Assembly: GCA_964496095.1 (NCBI GenBank)
Contig: CAZBWU010000001.1
Span: 185,474-249,473, forward strand
Length of the DNA: 64,000 nt
Origin: an uncultured Gammaproteobacteria bacterium
Lineage (GTDB): Bacteria; Patescibacteriota; Patescibacteriia; Magasanikbacterales; GWA2-37-8
Reading direction: 5' to 3'
In this document: positions 10,782-21,300 of the stretch, one piece after another
How the letters are laid out: every line of letters begins with the position of its first letter
How positions within the stretch are numbered: the first letter of the stretch is position 1
The notes under the pieces: generated by a model
The model's database searches: none
Seen by the model: only the letters and a program-made list of their open reading frames with translations
What the model was told of the DNA's origin: nothing
Program-made: the position numbers and the translations under genes

Positions 10782-11696
10782 TTAAACAACTACATTTCGT
10801 AGCTTGTTGATTCTGTCCTGAATCGGAGGATGAGTAGAAAATAAATTAGCTAATTTTTTGCCGGAGAATGGGTTGGCAAAAAAGAGATGAGCAGTTGCTT
10901 TGCTTGCATTTTGCATTGGCATATTTTGAGCGGCGATTTTTTCTAGAGCTTTAGCTAATGCTTCTGGATAGCGGGTAAGCAGAGATCCGGAGGCGTCGGC
11001 TAAGTATTCGCGACGGCGGGAAATAGCGAGCTTGATGAGTTCAGCTACGAGCGGGGATAGGACAGCTAAGATAATACCAACTAACATAAAAATTGCTAAA
11101 ACATTTCCGTTCCCACGATTGCGCCCACGAAAATGACCACTTCGCAAGAGAATATTGGATAATATAGCAATTGAACCAACTAGAATAGCCACAAGCATCA
11201 TGAATCGGATATCATAGTTTTGGATATGGGATATTTCATGGGCTAGCACACCTTCTAGTTCTTCGTTGGTTAATTGTTCTATAGCGCCGGTAGTGACGGC
11301 TACTGAGGCAGTTTCTGGGTTGCGACCAGTGGCAAAGGCGTTGATAGCTGGGTCGTTGATGATATAAATTTTTGGTACGGGCAGTCCACTGGTGATACAG
11401 AGGTTTTCGATCATTCTTGATACATAAGGATTTTCTTCTTTGGCAATGAGTTTGGCGCCATTTGTAGCCAGGGCAATCTTATCTCCCTTAAAATATGAAA
11501 CCATGGTAATGATAAAAGAAAGAATCGTGGCTAAAAATAGACCCGCAAGATCACCAATACCTGAAAGCATGCCAAATACATAGCCTAACACCAGAAGAAT
11601 AACAATAAATATGGTTATGAGGGCGACGGACTGTCTTTTGTTGGAGGTTATTTGGGAGTACATATACTTATTTTTTTGCTTCTTCGTTATACTCAC
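10782..11696 (-). CDS. htpX: Zinc metalloprotease HtpX (M48)
   Basis: 304 aa; HEISH zinc motif, multiple TM helices, HtpX-like organisation. Confidence 0.88.
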   Translation of the reverse strand: MSITKKQKNKYMYSQITSNKRQSVALITIFIVILLVLGYVFGMLSGIGDLAGLFLATILSFIITMVSYFKGDKIALATNGAKLIAKEENPYVSRMIENLCITSGLPVPKIYIINDPAINAFATGRNPETASVAVTTGAIEQLTNEELEGVLAHEISHIQNYDIRFMMLVAILVGSIAILSNILLRSGHFRGRNRGNGNVLAIFMLVGIILAVLSPLVAELIKLAISRRREYLADASGSLLTRYPEALAKALEKIAAQNMPMQNASKATAHLFFANPFSGKKLANLFSTHPPIQDRINKLRNVVV

Positions 11697-12033
11697 CTAT
11701 ATGGTAAACATAAAAACTATTATCATAAGTTATTACTTCTAACAAAAATTTTTTATTTTCATCCGTCCAACGAAGTGCACCCCCAATGCCATAGTTTATA
11801 TTTTTTGCTTGTTGAAATTTTAATATTCCAGTACTCTCAGAAAAGAAAACAATATCATCAAAAACGTATGATCCTATAGCAGCAAGATTGTTAAGCTCTT
11901 TAACTTCGTCTCCCTTTTTTAAGTTTTTTGGTAGCTCAAATCCAATTTTACCTTCTTCTGCTACTTGTTTTTTAATAGTTTCAAGAGGCATTTTTTGTTC
12001 GCCAGGCATTCTATATACTTCATCTCCTGTCAT
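11668..12033 (-). CDS. Hypothetical protein
   Basis: 121 aa ORF between lemA-like gene and htpX, same strand, 29-nt overlap with htpX start. Confidence 0.4.
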   Translation of the reverse strand: MTGDEVYRMPGEQKMPLETIKKQVAEEGKIGFELPKNLKKGDEVKELNNLAAIGSYVFDDIVFFSESTGILKFQQAKNINYGIGGALRWTDENKKFLLEVITYDNSFYVYHIGEYNEEAKK

Positions 12034-12036
12034 AAA

Positions 12037-12603
12037 TTAGAACTTCACTTGTACATTTTCTTTTTCTGTAGCATCAGCCTGGAAGAATTCATATTTCTTA
12101 AATCCTAATGAGTTGGCGATAAGGTTTGTAGGGAAGACTTGTATTTTGGTATTGAAATCGCGAGTATTGCCATTGTAGAAACGGCGGGAAGCTTGGATTT
12201 TGTTTTCTGTATCACTGATTTCATCTTGTAGTTGTAAGAAGTTTTGGCTGGCCTTTAAGTCTGGATAATTTTCAGTGACAGCAAACAAAGATTTCAAAGT
12301 TCCGGAAAGCATGTTTTCTGCTTGTTCACGTTCCTGTAATGTAGCGCCTGGTTTGCTCTGCAAAGCCATAGCGTTACTACGAGCTTCGGTAAGTTTTACC
12401 AAAGTTGCTTGTTCATGGGTCATGTAGCCTTTGACGGTTTCTACCAAATTTGGAATCAAATCATAACGGCGTTTGAGCTGGACATCAATGTCACTAAAAG
12501 CTTCTTCAACTTGGTTTTTTGAACGTACGAGACCGTTGTAAACTGCGACTAACCACAAGACGACTACGGCGACGGCGGCGAGGAGGATATATAATCCTGA
12601 CAT
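12037..12603 (-). CDS. LemA family protein
   Basis: 188 aa; N-terminal TM helix followed by LemA signature (VAVYNGLVRSKNQVEEAFSDIDVQLKRRYDLIPNLVETVKGY). Confidence 0.85.
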   Translation of the reverse strand: MSGLYILLAAVAVVVLWLVAVYNGLVRSKNQVEEAFSDIDVQLKRRYDLIPNLVETVKGYMTHEQATLVKLTEARSNAMALQSKPGATLQEREQAENMLSGTLKSLFAVTENYPDLKASQNFLQLQDEISDTENKIQASRRFYNGNTRDFNTKIQVFPTNLIANSLGFKKYEFFQADATEKENVQVKF

Positions 12604-12680
12604 ATGCGTATGAATAAATTAATAAGTTAAGCCTATTGGCTTTTTTACCTAATTATTATATACTTTAGTATATTATAGAG

Positions 12681-13895
12681 TTGCAGAAATTACAAGGATT
12701 TAAGCTTGTAATTTATTTTATCAAATTTATGGTTACTTTGTTAATTTTTATCGCTGTTTTGGCAGTACTAGTACTTTCTCATGAGTTTGGCCATTTTGTA
12801 TCGGCACGCAAAAGTGGTATGAAAGTCTATGAATTTGGCTTTGGTTTTCCACCCCGATTGTTTGGGGTTCAGGCTGTGCTAGATGAAGCGGGTAAGAGAA
12901 AATGTCGATTTATTTGGGGTAAAAAACCAGATGAAGCTAATTTTGGCACCGTTTATTCTTTTAATCTTCTGCCCTTAGGCGGATTTGTGCGTATCAAAGG
13001 TGAAGATGGTGAAGAAACCGGCGAAGATAGTTTTGCTGCTCAGAAATTCTGGAAAAAAGGAATTACCTTGCTCGCCGGGGTTGGTATGAATATTATTTTG
13101 GCCTTTGTTTTGTTGTCTGTTGGCTTCATGTGGGGCGCGCCTCAAGCGATAGATAGTCTGCCACCAGGTACAAAAATAGAAAATAGTCATTTGGAAATTA
13201 TGGAAGCCTTGGCAGGTAAGCCAGCAAACGTGGCTGGAATTGAGTCAGGCGATATTATTATCAGTCTTGATAATTTGCAAAATCCGAGCGTAAAATCATT
13301 GCGAGATTATGTAGATGCCAATAAAAACAAAGATATTAAAGTGACTGTAAAAAGAGGAAATGAAACTTTGGAAAAAAACATCCGACCATTTATTGACTCT
13401 GAAACTGGTAAAGGTGGAATAGGAGTCGCGCTCATTGAAGTCGGTACAGTGAAGTATCCTTGGTATATGGCTATCTACCAAGGGTTTATTATGACTGGGC
13501 TGTACTTAAAAGAAATTGTGGTATCTTTTTATACTTTGATTGCGGGATTGTTTAGAGGGGCACCAGTGGGAGAATCATTGTCTGGTCCGGTAGGTATTGC
13601 GGTGATGACTGGCAAAGTCGCTAAGCTTGGGTTTAGTTATTTGCTAAATTTTATGGCTTTATTGTCTCTCAATTTGGCTATTATAAATGTCTTGCCAATT
13701 CCAGCTTTGGATGGAGGTAGATTTTTATTTTTACTAATTGGTAAAATTACAGGCAAACCGCTTAATCAAAAATATGAACAGATTGCGCATGCGATTGGTT
13801 TTTTTGTTTTGATATCACTTGTTATTTTAATTACCGTAAAAGATTTAGGTAAGTTTGCAGGATTATTTTCTAGTTTGATACATAAGGTAATCTAA
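12681..13895 (+). CDS. rseP: Site-2 protease RseP (M50 zinc metalloprotease with PDZ domain)
   Basis: 404 aa; HEFGHF zinc motif in first TM, PDZ domain, C-terminal LDGG motif; alternative start at 12729. Confidence 0.88.
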   Translation: MQKLQGFKLVIYFIKFMVTLLIFIAVLAVLVLSHEFGHFVSARKSGMKVYEFGFGFPPRLFGVQAVLDEAGKRKCRFIWGKKPDEANFGTVYSFNLLPLGGFVRIKGEDGEETGEDSFAAQKFWKKGITLLAGVGMNIILAFVLLSVGFMWGAPQAIDSLPPGTKIENSHLEIMEALAGKPANVAGIESGDIIISLDNLQNPSVKSLRDYVDANKNKDIKVTVKRGNETLEKNIRPFIDSETGKGGIGVALIEVGTVKYPWYMAIYQGFIMTGLYLKEIVVSFYTLIAGLFRGAPVGESLSGPVGIAVMTGKVAKLGFSYLLNFMALLSLNLAIINVLPIPALDGGRFLFLLIGKITGKPLNQKYEQIAHAIGFFVLISLVILITVKDLGKFAGLFSSLIHKVI

Positions 13896-13901
13896 AATAC
13901 T

Positions 13902-14933
13902 ATGCAAGAAAAATTACAACAATTAAAAACGGAAGCGCTCACTGCTTTGAATTCTATCAAGGACAAGTTGCAGTTGGAAGAATTGGAAACAAAATTACTT
14001 GGTCGTAAGGGCGGGCAACTTACTGAAATGCTCAAAGGCCTAAAAGATCTCAGTGAAGATGCCAAGCGACAAGTAGGGCAACTAGCTAACGAAGTCAAAA
14101 AATCTGTAGAAGAGGCAATAGCAAACAAGAAAAAAGAATTTGTTCAGCAAGAGATGTCAGGATTGCTTGAGAAAGAATATATAGATATCACTCAGCCAGC
14201 CTTGCCAGCCAAAAATCTAGGGCATTTGCACCCAAACACTATCATTCAAAATGATTTAGAAGATTTGTTTACCTCTATGGGTTTTGCGGTGATTGATGGA
14301 CCAGAATTAGAGAGTGACTATTATAATTTTACCGCTTTAAATATCCCCGAAAATCATCCGGCGCGCGACATGCAAGATACTTTTTATATCAAAGGTCACT
14401 CGGACTGGCTGATGCGAACCCAAACTTCGCCGGTGCAAGTACGAGCTATGCAAAAACATGGTGTGCCTCTGCGGGTGATTGTGCCTGGCAAATGTTATCG
14501 TAATGAAGCAACCGATCCTCGCCATGAGCACACTTTTTATCAACTTGAAGGTTTGGTGGTAGACAAAGATATTAATTTTAGCCATCTCAAAGGTGTGTTA
14601 GAAGCGGTGGCCAAACATTTGTATGGTCCAAAAACTCAAATTCGTTTGTTGCCGAAATTTTATCCGTTTGTGGAGCCTGGTGTGCGCGGAGAAGTGACCT
14701 GTTTTTTGTGTGAAGGCAAAGGTTGCCGAGTTTGTAAACAAACTGGCTGGCTTGAGATCTTTGGTGCAGGTATGGTGCATCCAAGCGTACTTAAAGAAGG
14801 TGGAGTTGATCCTAATGTCTATCAAGGATTCGCTTTTGGTTTTGGTCTGACAAGACTAGTAATGCTTAAGTATGGAATAGAAGATATACGATTACTAGAA
14901 AGTGGAAATATGAAATTCTTGGAACAATTTTAA
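13902..14933 (+). CDS. pheS: Phenylalanine--tRNA ligase alpha subunit
   Basis: 343 aa; class II aaRS motifs (FNFTALNIPENHPARDMQDTFY, GAGMVHP), followed by pheT. Confidence 0.93.
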   Translation: MQEKLQQLKTEALTALNSIKDKLQLEELETKLLGRKGGQLTEMLKGLKDLSEDAKRQVGQLANEVKKSVEEAIANKKKEFVQQEMSGLLEKEYIDITQPALPAKNLGHLHPNTIIQNDLEDLFTSMGFAVIDGPELESDYYNFTALNIPENHPARDMQDTFYIKGHSDWLMRTQTSPVQVRAMQKHGVPLRVIVPGKCYRNEATDPRHEHTFYQLEGLVVDKDINFSHLKGVLEAVAKHLYGPKTQIRLLPKFYPFVEPGVRGEVTCFLCEGKGCRVCKQTGWLEIFGAGMVHPSVLKEGGVDPNVYQGFAFGFGLTRLVMLKYGIEDIRLLESGNMKFLEQF

Positions 14934-14942
14934 ATATTTTTT

Positions 14943-15137
14943 ATGGAATATTCATTATCTACAAAAAATTTTAGTATAAAAAGAGTAATTAAAACAGTTG
15001 CAATTATTATTGGTTTATTTTTATTAGCTTTAATTTTATTTTTGATGATTCTTTTTGTGTTAATAAGATTAGATGAAAAAGGTACACGGGAAGCGGTGTG
15101 TAAGGGAGCTATAAATGAAGAGGAGTGTTTGAATTAG
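14943..15137 (+). CDS. Small hypothetical membrane protein
   Basis: 64 aa ORF with one TM helix between pheS and pheT. Confidence 0.3.
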   Translation: MEYSLSTKNFSIKRVIKTVAIIIGLFLLALILFLMILFVLIRLDEKGTREAVCKGAINEEECLN

Positions 15138-15165
15138 TCCTTTTAAATGAAGTGATAATATATCT

Positions 15166-17601
15166 ATGTTAATATCCTATAACTGGCTCAAAAAATACGT
15201 TAATCTATCCGACTCCACTACGCCCGAAGAAGTTTCTGAAAAGCTCAAGGCTAGTACGGTGGAAGTAGAAAGAATAGAAGTCCAAGGCAAAAACTTGGAA
15301 AATATTGTGGTAGGAAAAATCCTGTCTGCGGAAAAACACCCAAATGCAGATAAATTAAAACTTTGTAAAGTAGATGTTGGTAATGAGCAATTACAAATTG
15401 TTTGTGGTGGCAGTAATGTGGCGGAAGGCATGCTAGTGGCGCTCGCCAAAGTGGGAGCAAAAGTAAAATGGCATGGAGAAGGTGAGTTGATAGAATTAAA
15501 ACCAACCAAGATTCGTGATGTAGAATCTGCGGGGATGATCTGTGCTTCTACCGAAATTGGTTTGGGAGAAATGTTCCCACTCAAAGACGAAAAAGAAATT
15601 TTAGATTTAACTTATACTAAGGCAAAGTCAGGAACTCCTATGGCTCAAGCTTTGGGCTTGCATGATGCAATTTTAGAAATAGATAATAAGTCGCTTAGTA
15701 ATCGCCCTGATTTGTGGGGGCATCATGGAATTGCGCGAGAGGTAGCCGTACTTTTTAATAAGCATTTAAAAGAATATAAAATAGAAAAGATTAAGCCTGG
15801 AAAGGAAATAAAAATTTCTGTGAATATTCAAGATAAAAAATTATGTCCGCGCTATATGGCGGTGGCCATTTCTGGAATTAAAGTTGAGGAATCTCCACAG
15901 TGGTTGAAAAAAAGTTTGTCAGCTGTAGGTCTACGAAGCATAAATAATATCGTGGATATTACCAATTTTGTCATGTTGGATTTGGGCCAGCCAATGCACG
16001 CTTTTGATGCTTCAAAAATAAAAAATTCTAAAATAGTAGTTCGTCTTGCCAAAGATGGGGAAGAGTTTATTACTTTAGATGAACAAACCAGAAAATTGGA
16101 TTCATCTATGCTTTTGATTGGGGATGAAGAAAAATCATTGGCGATTGCGGGTGTGATGGGTGGAATGGAAAGCGGTATTAGCGACCAGACAACTACAATT
16201 ATTTTTGAGTCAGCTAATTTTGAGCCAAGCTCTATTCGTACAACTTCTACAAAATTAGGATTACGTACCGATTCTTCGGCGAGATTTGAAAAAAGTTTGG
16301 ATCCAAACTTGACAATGACGGCTCTAGAAAAAGCCGTGGAACTTGTTTTGCAATGTTGCCCTGGAGCAAAAGTGGCTAGCAAAGTTATAGATGAATCAAA
16401 ATTTAGTTTGAAACAAGGTCCAATAAGTCTCAGTATTCAGCTGTTGGAGAAAAAAATTGGTATTAAACTGCATAACAAGGAAGTGGTGCATATTTTGGAA
16501 CAGTTGGGCTTTGAAGTAAAAATTAAAGGCGATGAATTATCTGTAAAAATTCCTACCTGGCGCGCAACTAAAGATATTTCTATTGCCGAAGATTTGGTGG
16601 AAGAAATTGTTCGTATCTATGGTTATGACAAGATTGTCGCGACCATGCCAAGTTTTTCTATTGCTCCGCCTGAGCAAAATAAATTACGAGTCTTAGAACG
16701 AGATATAAAAGATATTTTGGTGCAGACTTTGAATTATACCGAAGTTTATAATTATTCTTTTGTTAGTGGTGCACAGATAGAAAAGATGGGGGATGATATT
16801 TCTAAGTATATTGAACTTGATAATCCTTTATCAAAAGAAAAACCATATTTGCGTCGCTGTTTGTTATTAAATTTATTAGAAAACTTAGAAACAAACCAGG
16901 CAGGGAAAGATAGTCTGAAATTATTTGAAATTGGAAAGGTTTTCCGCAGTGAAGATCCGGGGTTGCGAGCCGAATCAAATAAGGATGAATTATTGCCAGG
17001 CCAGGACACTTGGCTTACCGCCGTTTGTTTAGAAAAAAAATCCCCAGTTCCTTTTTGGGAAGCAAAAAGTGTGGTAGAAATTTTATCGCAAACAAAATTA
17101 CCCGGTCTTTCAGTTTCAAAATCTGGCGCGGAAGGCATTGCCCGACACCCCTCTCGTTCGGCTAGTCTGATTATGGGAGAAAAAAACATCGGTTCTGTTT
17201 ATGAGCTACACCCAATTGTTGAAGATAATTTTCGTTTAGACGGTCGAGTAGGAGTAGTGAAAATAAATTTAAGCGTAGTGGTAGATTTACTAGAGGCAAA
17301 TAAAAAGTATTCACCAATTTGCGCTTTTCCTTCTATTGAAAGAGATGTGGCAATTGTGGTTAAAAAACAGGTAGCGCATCAAGATATTTTGTCGGCTGTG
17401 CTTGCGTCCGATCCATTATTAAAGACTGTTAGCTTGTTTGATGTGTTTGAAGGCGCAAATATTGGCGCGGAAAATAAAAGTATGGCGTATCGGTTTGTTT
17501 ATCAACACAACGAACGCACACTTGTGACTGAAGAAGTAGAAAAAGCACATGCAAATATTATAAAAATCTTAAAAGAGAAATTTAACGCAGAGGTACGATA
17601 A
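15166..17601 (+). CDS. pheT: Phenylalanine--tRNA ligase beta subunit
   Basis: 811 aa; N-terminal tRNA-binding domain, B3/B4 and B5 domains, C-terminal FDX-ACB domain; adjacent to pheS. Confidence 0.92.
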   Translation: MLISYNWLKKYVNLSDSTTPEEVSEKLKASTVEVERIEVQGKNLENIVVGKILSAEKHPNADKLKLCKVDVGNEQLQIVCGGSNVAEGMLVALAKVGAKVKWHGEGELIELKPTKIRDVESAGMICASTEIGLGEMFPLKDEKEILDLTYTKAKSGTPMAQALGLHDAILEIDNKSLSNRPDLWGHHGIAREVAVLFNKHLKEYKIEKIKPGKEIKISVNIQDKKLCPRYMAVAISGIKVEESPQWLKKSLSAVGLRSINNIVDITNFVMLDLGQPMHAFDASKIKNSKIVVRLAKDGEEFITLDEQTRKLDSSMLLIGDEEKSLAIAGVMGGMESGISDQTTTIIFESANFEPSSIRTTSTKLGLRTDSSARFEKSLDPNLTMTALEKAVELVLQCCPGAKVASKVIDESKFSLKQGPISLSIQLLEKKIGIKLHNKEVVHILEQLGFEVKIKGDELSVKIPTWRATKDISIAEDLVEEIVRIYGYDKIVATMPSFSIAPPEQNKLRVLERDIKDILVQTLNYTEVYNYSFVSGAQIEKMGDDISKYIELDNPLSKEKPYLRRCLLLNLLENLETNQAGKDSLKLFEIGKVFRSEDPGLRAESNKDELLPGQDTWLTAVCLEKKSPVPFWEAKSVVEILSQTKLPGLSVSKSGAEGIARHPSRSASLIMGEKNIGSVYELHPIVEDNFRLDGRVGVVKINLSVVVDLLEANKKYSPICAFPSIERDVAIVVKKQVAHQDILSAVLASDPLLKTVSLFDVFEGANIGAENKSMAYRFVYQHNERTLVTEEVEKAHANIIKILKEKFNAEVR

Positions 17602-17609
17602 TTTTTTTC

Positions 17610-17638
17610 TTGACATAAGTTTTTTTCAATGAGATAAT
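17610..17638 (+). promoter_or_regulatory. Sigma70-like promoter (TTGACA-17-GATAAT) for 17689 ORF
   Basis: TTGACA at 17610-17615, 17-nt spacer, GATAAT at 17633-17638; strong RBS AAAGGAGGGG at 17676-17685. Confidence 0.5.
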
Positions 17639-17688
17639 ATATCTATAAATTTTTCAATTCACATTTTATTTATTTAAAGGAGGGGAAT

Positions 17689-18075
17689 ATGATTGAAACA
17701 TCAAAAGATATTTTATATCTTGTCATCGCGTTCTGCGTTTTGTGGGTCACAGTTTTCTTGTGTTGGATGTTTTATTACGTCACCAGGATTTTAAAAAATG
17801 CAAACCAGATTGCGGAAGAGTTTCGTTCTCGCTTGCAGATGCTTACCGAAGGAATAAATTATCTACGAGGGAAAATAGAAAGCATTCATAGCTTGGTCAG
17901 TATGGCAAGCGGTGGAGTAGCGGGAATGGTAAAAAGCGCAGTTACCAAAAAAGCGACTGATTGGATAAATAAAGGCTCGGCTAGAGCCAACACTGCGGCT
18001 AGAGATGCGGTAGAAAAAGCAGTAGAAGCAACAGCCAAAAAAATGAAAAAAACTGCTAGAAACATCAAAAGATAA
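17689..18075 (+). CDS. Hypothetical membrane protein (N-terminal TM, Ala/Lys-rich C-terminus)
   Basis: 128 aa; own promoter, canonical SD, followed by strong terminator. Confidence 0.55.
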   Translation: MIETSKDILYLVIAFCVLWVTVFLCWMFYYVTRILKNANQIAEEFRSRLQMLTEGINYLRGKIESIHSLVSMASGGVAGMVKSAVTKKATDWINKGSARANTAARDAVEKAVEATAKKMKKTARNIKR

Positions 18076-18093
18076 TACAAATTTTAAATAAAA

Positions 18094-18119
18094 ATCCCCT
18101 AAATTTAGGGGATTTTTTA
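18094..18119 (+). terminator. Rho-independent terminator
   Basis: ATCCCCTAAATTTAGGGGAT hairpin followed by TTTTTT. Confidence 0.8.
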
Positions 18120-18177
18120 TGTTTGATTTTGTTATAGAGATAGGGTAAACTAGCGACAAGTTAATGCGCCCATGAAT

Positions 18178-18316
18178 TGTCATTCTGAGCTGAGCGAAGA
18201 ATCTCTGTCCGTGCAATTGTCATTCCCGCCAAAGCGGAAATCCAGACAATTTAAACACTGGATTCCCAATCAAGTTGGGAATGACAGAGATCCTTCGGCT
18301 ACGCTCAGGATGACAG
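18178..18316. repeat. Composite/nested copy of TGTCAT-TIR miniature element family (inner copy 18218-18286 with perfect 10-bp TIR TGTCATTCCC/GGGAATGACA)
   Basis: TGTCATTCTGAGC..GAAGAATCTCTGTCC module, then TGTCATTCCC...GGGAATGACA, then GAGATCCTTCGG...CTCAGGATGACAG; same modules recur at 11 other sites in the window. Confidence 0.8.
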
Positions 18317-18388
18317 GTAAATGTATGTCCGACCCCAGTACCAGAGCCACAAGAGTGGCTCGGTACGGGGCAAGTTTTGTTCACTATT

Positions 18389-21300
18389 ATGGATTTTGTC
18401 CATCTTCACGTTCATAGTCATTATTCTTTGCTTGATGCTCTGCCAAAAATAGACGAGCTAGTTGATCATGCCAAAAAACTTGGCTACAAATCTTTGGCTC
18501 TCACCGATCATGGTAACATGTATGGCACGATTGAGTTTTATGAGGCTTGTCAAAAAGCTGGCATCAAACCAATTATCGGGATGGAAGCATATCTAGTGGT
18601 AGGCAGTCGATTTGATAAAAATAATAGAGATGAAAAAATTTATCATCAAGTTCTTTTGGCTGAAAATAATATTGGTTATAAAAATTTGATGAAATTGGCG
18701 TCGCTGGCCAGTCTAGAGGGTTTTTCTGATAAGCCTCGTTTGGATAAAGAATTATTAAAACAATATCATGAAGGATTGGTTGCGCTTTCTGGATGTTTTG
18801 CCGGTGAAATTCCAACTATTTTACAAAGAGACGATAATTTTGATAAAGCCAAAAATGTAGCTTTGGAGTATCAAGAAATTTTTGGTAAAGATAATTTTTA
18901 TTTGGAACTAATGGATTTGCCTGCCTTGGAAGGTCAGATGGATATGAATACCAAGCTTATCCAATTATCGGCTGAGACAGGAATTCCAATGGTCGTCACT
19001 CGAGATTCTCATTATTTGGAAGAAGATGAAGCTGAGGCGCAAGATGTACTCACTTGTATTAGAGATGGTAAGACAATGGATGAGGATGGTCGAGCGACAA
19101 TGAACGGCGTAGATTATTCTCTCGCGCCTGCTAAAGAAATTATAAATCGTTTTAAGCATGTCCCAGAAGCGATTAGTAATACCGTAAAAATTGCCGACAG
19201 AGCGAATGTGACTATTGAATTAAATAAATGGCATTTTCCTCATCTAAATATTCCAGATGGCAAGACCGTTGATGAATACTTGCGAGAACAGGTTTATGAA
19301 AAATTGCCAAAGCGCATAGAGATGACCGAAGAAGTCAAAAAGCGCGCGGATTATGAGTTGGATATTATTGCTAAAAAAGGGTATTCGCCATATTTTCTCA
19401 CCGTGGCGGATTATATTAACTATGCCCGTGAGCATAGAATTATGGTGACCACTCGTGGTTCGGCAGCTGGCTCGGTAGTTTCTTTTGCGATGGGAATTGT
19501 GATGGATAATCCGCTTTATTTTAAACTTCCCTTTGAACGTTTTTTGAATCCGTTTCGTCCGAGTCCGCCTGATATTGACGGCGATTTTGCCGATGACAGA
19601 CGTGATGAGATGATTGCTTATGTGACCAAAAAGTATGGCGCAGACAAAGTGGCGCAGATTATTACGTTTGGGACAATGGCGGCTAGAGGTTCAGTGCGAG
19701 ATGTGGGTCGCGCGCTTGGTTATTCCTATTCTTTTTGTGATCAAATTTCCAAACTGATTCCTTTTGGCGCCCAAGGTTTTCAAATGACCATTGCCAAAGC
19801 ATTGACCTTGGAACCGGAATTAAAAAAACTATATGACAAGAACGCAGAGGTAAAACGTTTGCTTGATTTGGCGCAGAAGGTAGAAGGTTGCGCGCGCCAC
19901 ACTTCTATTCATGCAGCGGGAGTGGTTATCTCGCCAACGCCGCTGACAGATTTTACGCCTGTGCAACTTGAAACTGGTGGAGATAAAATCGTTACTCAGT
20001 ATGAAATGCATTCGGTAGAAACTGCCGGAGTTTTGAAGATGGACTTCTTGGGTATTCGCAACTTATCTATTTTAGGAAATGCAGTGGAGATAATCGAAAA
20101 AACTACTGACCAAAAAATAAATGTCTATAATTTGTATCCGTGGAATGACGCTAAGACATATGATATGTTGGCGCGCGGAGAGACTGTGGGTGTTTTTCAG
20201 TTAGCCAGTTCGGGTATGACAAGATATCTCAAAGAACTAAAGCCGAGCTCTATCTTTGATATCATGGCGATGGTAGCCCTTTTCCGTCCGGGTCCAATGG
20301 ATTCTATTCCTGACTATATTTTAAGAAAAAATAATCACGACCTGATAGAATACGAAGACCCAAGAATGAAAGATTATCTAGATCAATCTTTGGGGCTTAT
20401 TGTTTATCAAGATGATGTGTTGCTTACGGCTATAAATTTAGCAGGCTATAATTGGGAAGAAGCCGATAAGTTCCGCAAAGCCATGGGTAAAAAAATTCCT
20501 GAAGAAATGGCGAAACAAAAAGAGAAATTTTTTAAAGGGGCAAAAGAATTTGGAAAATTAACTAGTGAAACTATTAATAAACTTTGGGAACGCATTGAGC
20601 CTTTTGCGGCCTATGGTTTTAATAAAGCGCACGCTGCTAGTTATGCGGTCGTGGCGTATCAAACCGCTTATCTTAAGGCCAATTTTCCCGTGCAATATAT
20701 GACAGCGGTACTTATTGCCGAAAGTGGCGATATTGATAAGGTGCCAGAAATTATTCATGAATGTGAACGCATGGGCGTAAAAGTTTTGCCTCCTGATATT
20801 AATGAAAGCTTTAAGAGTTTTGCGATGACCCCAATAGCAGGGTCGCAGGAGCGACTCGCTACGGGGCAAGTTCCTTCTGCAGGTACGAGCGTAATTAGGT
20901 TCGGCTTAAATGGCATTAAAAATTTGGGTGAGAATATTGCCGAAGCAATTTACCAAGAACGTAAAGCCAATGGTAAATTCAAAGATCTGCAGGATTTTCT
21001 TACTAGAGTAAAAGATAAAGATTTAAATAAAAAATCTTTGGAAAGTTTGGCCAAGTGTGGAGCGTTGGATGGTTTTGGTTATGATAGGGGCGTACTATTG
21101 GCAAACATGGAAAACATTTTGTCATTTAGTAAACAAATAAAAGAAGGTGGCGCCAACACACAACATTCTTTGTTTTCCGGCACATCTTTAGACGCAGTTT
21201 CTGTATTAAAATTAGTAAATGCTAAGCCAGCCAACGAAGCCGATAAATTGACTTGGGAAAAAGAGTTGCTTGGTTTTTATATTACTTCACATCCTTTCAA

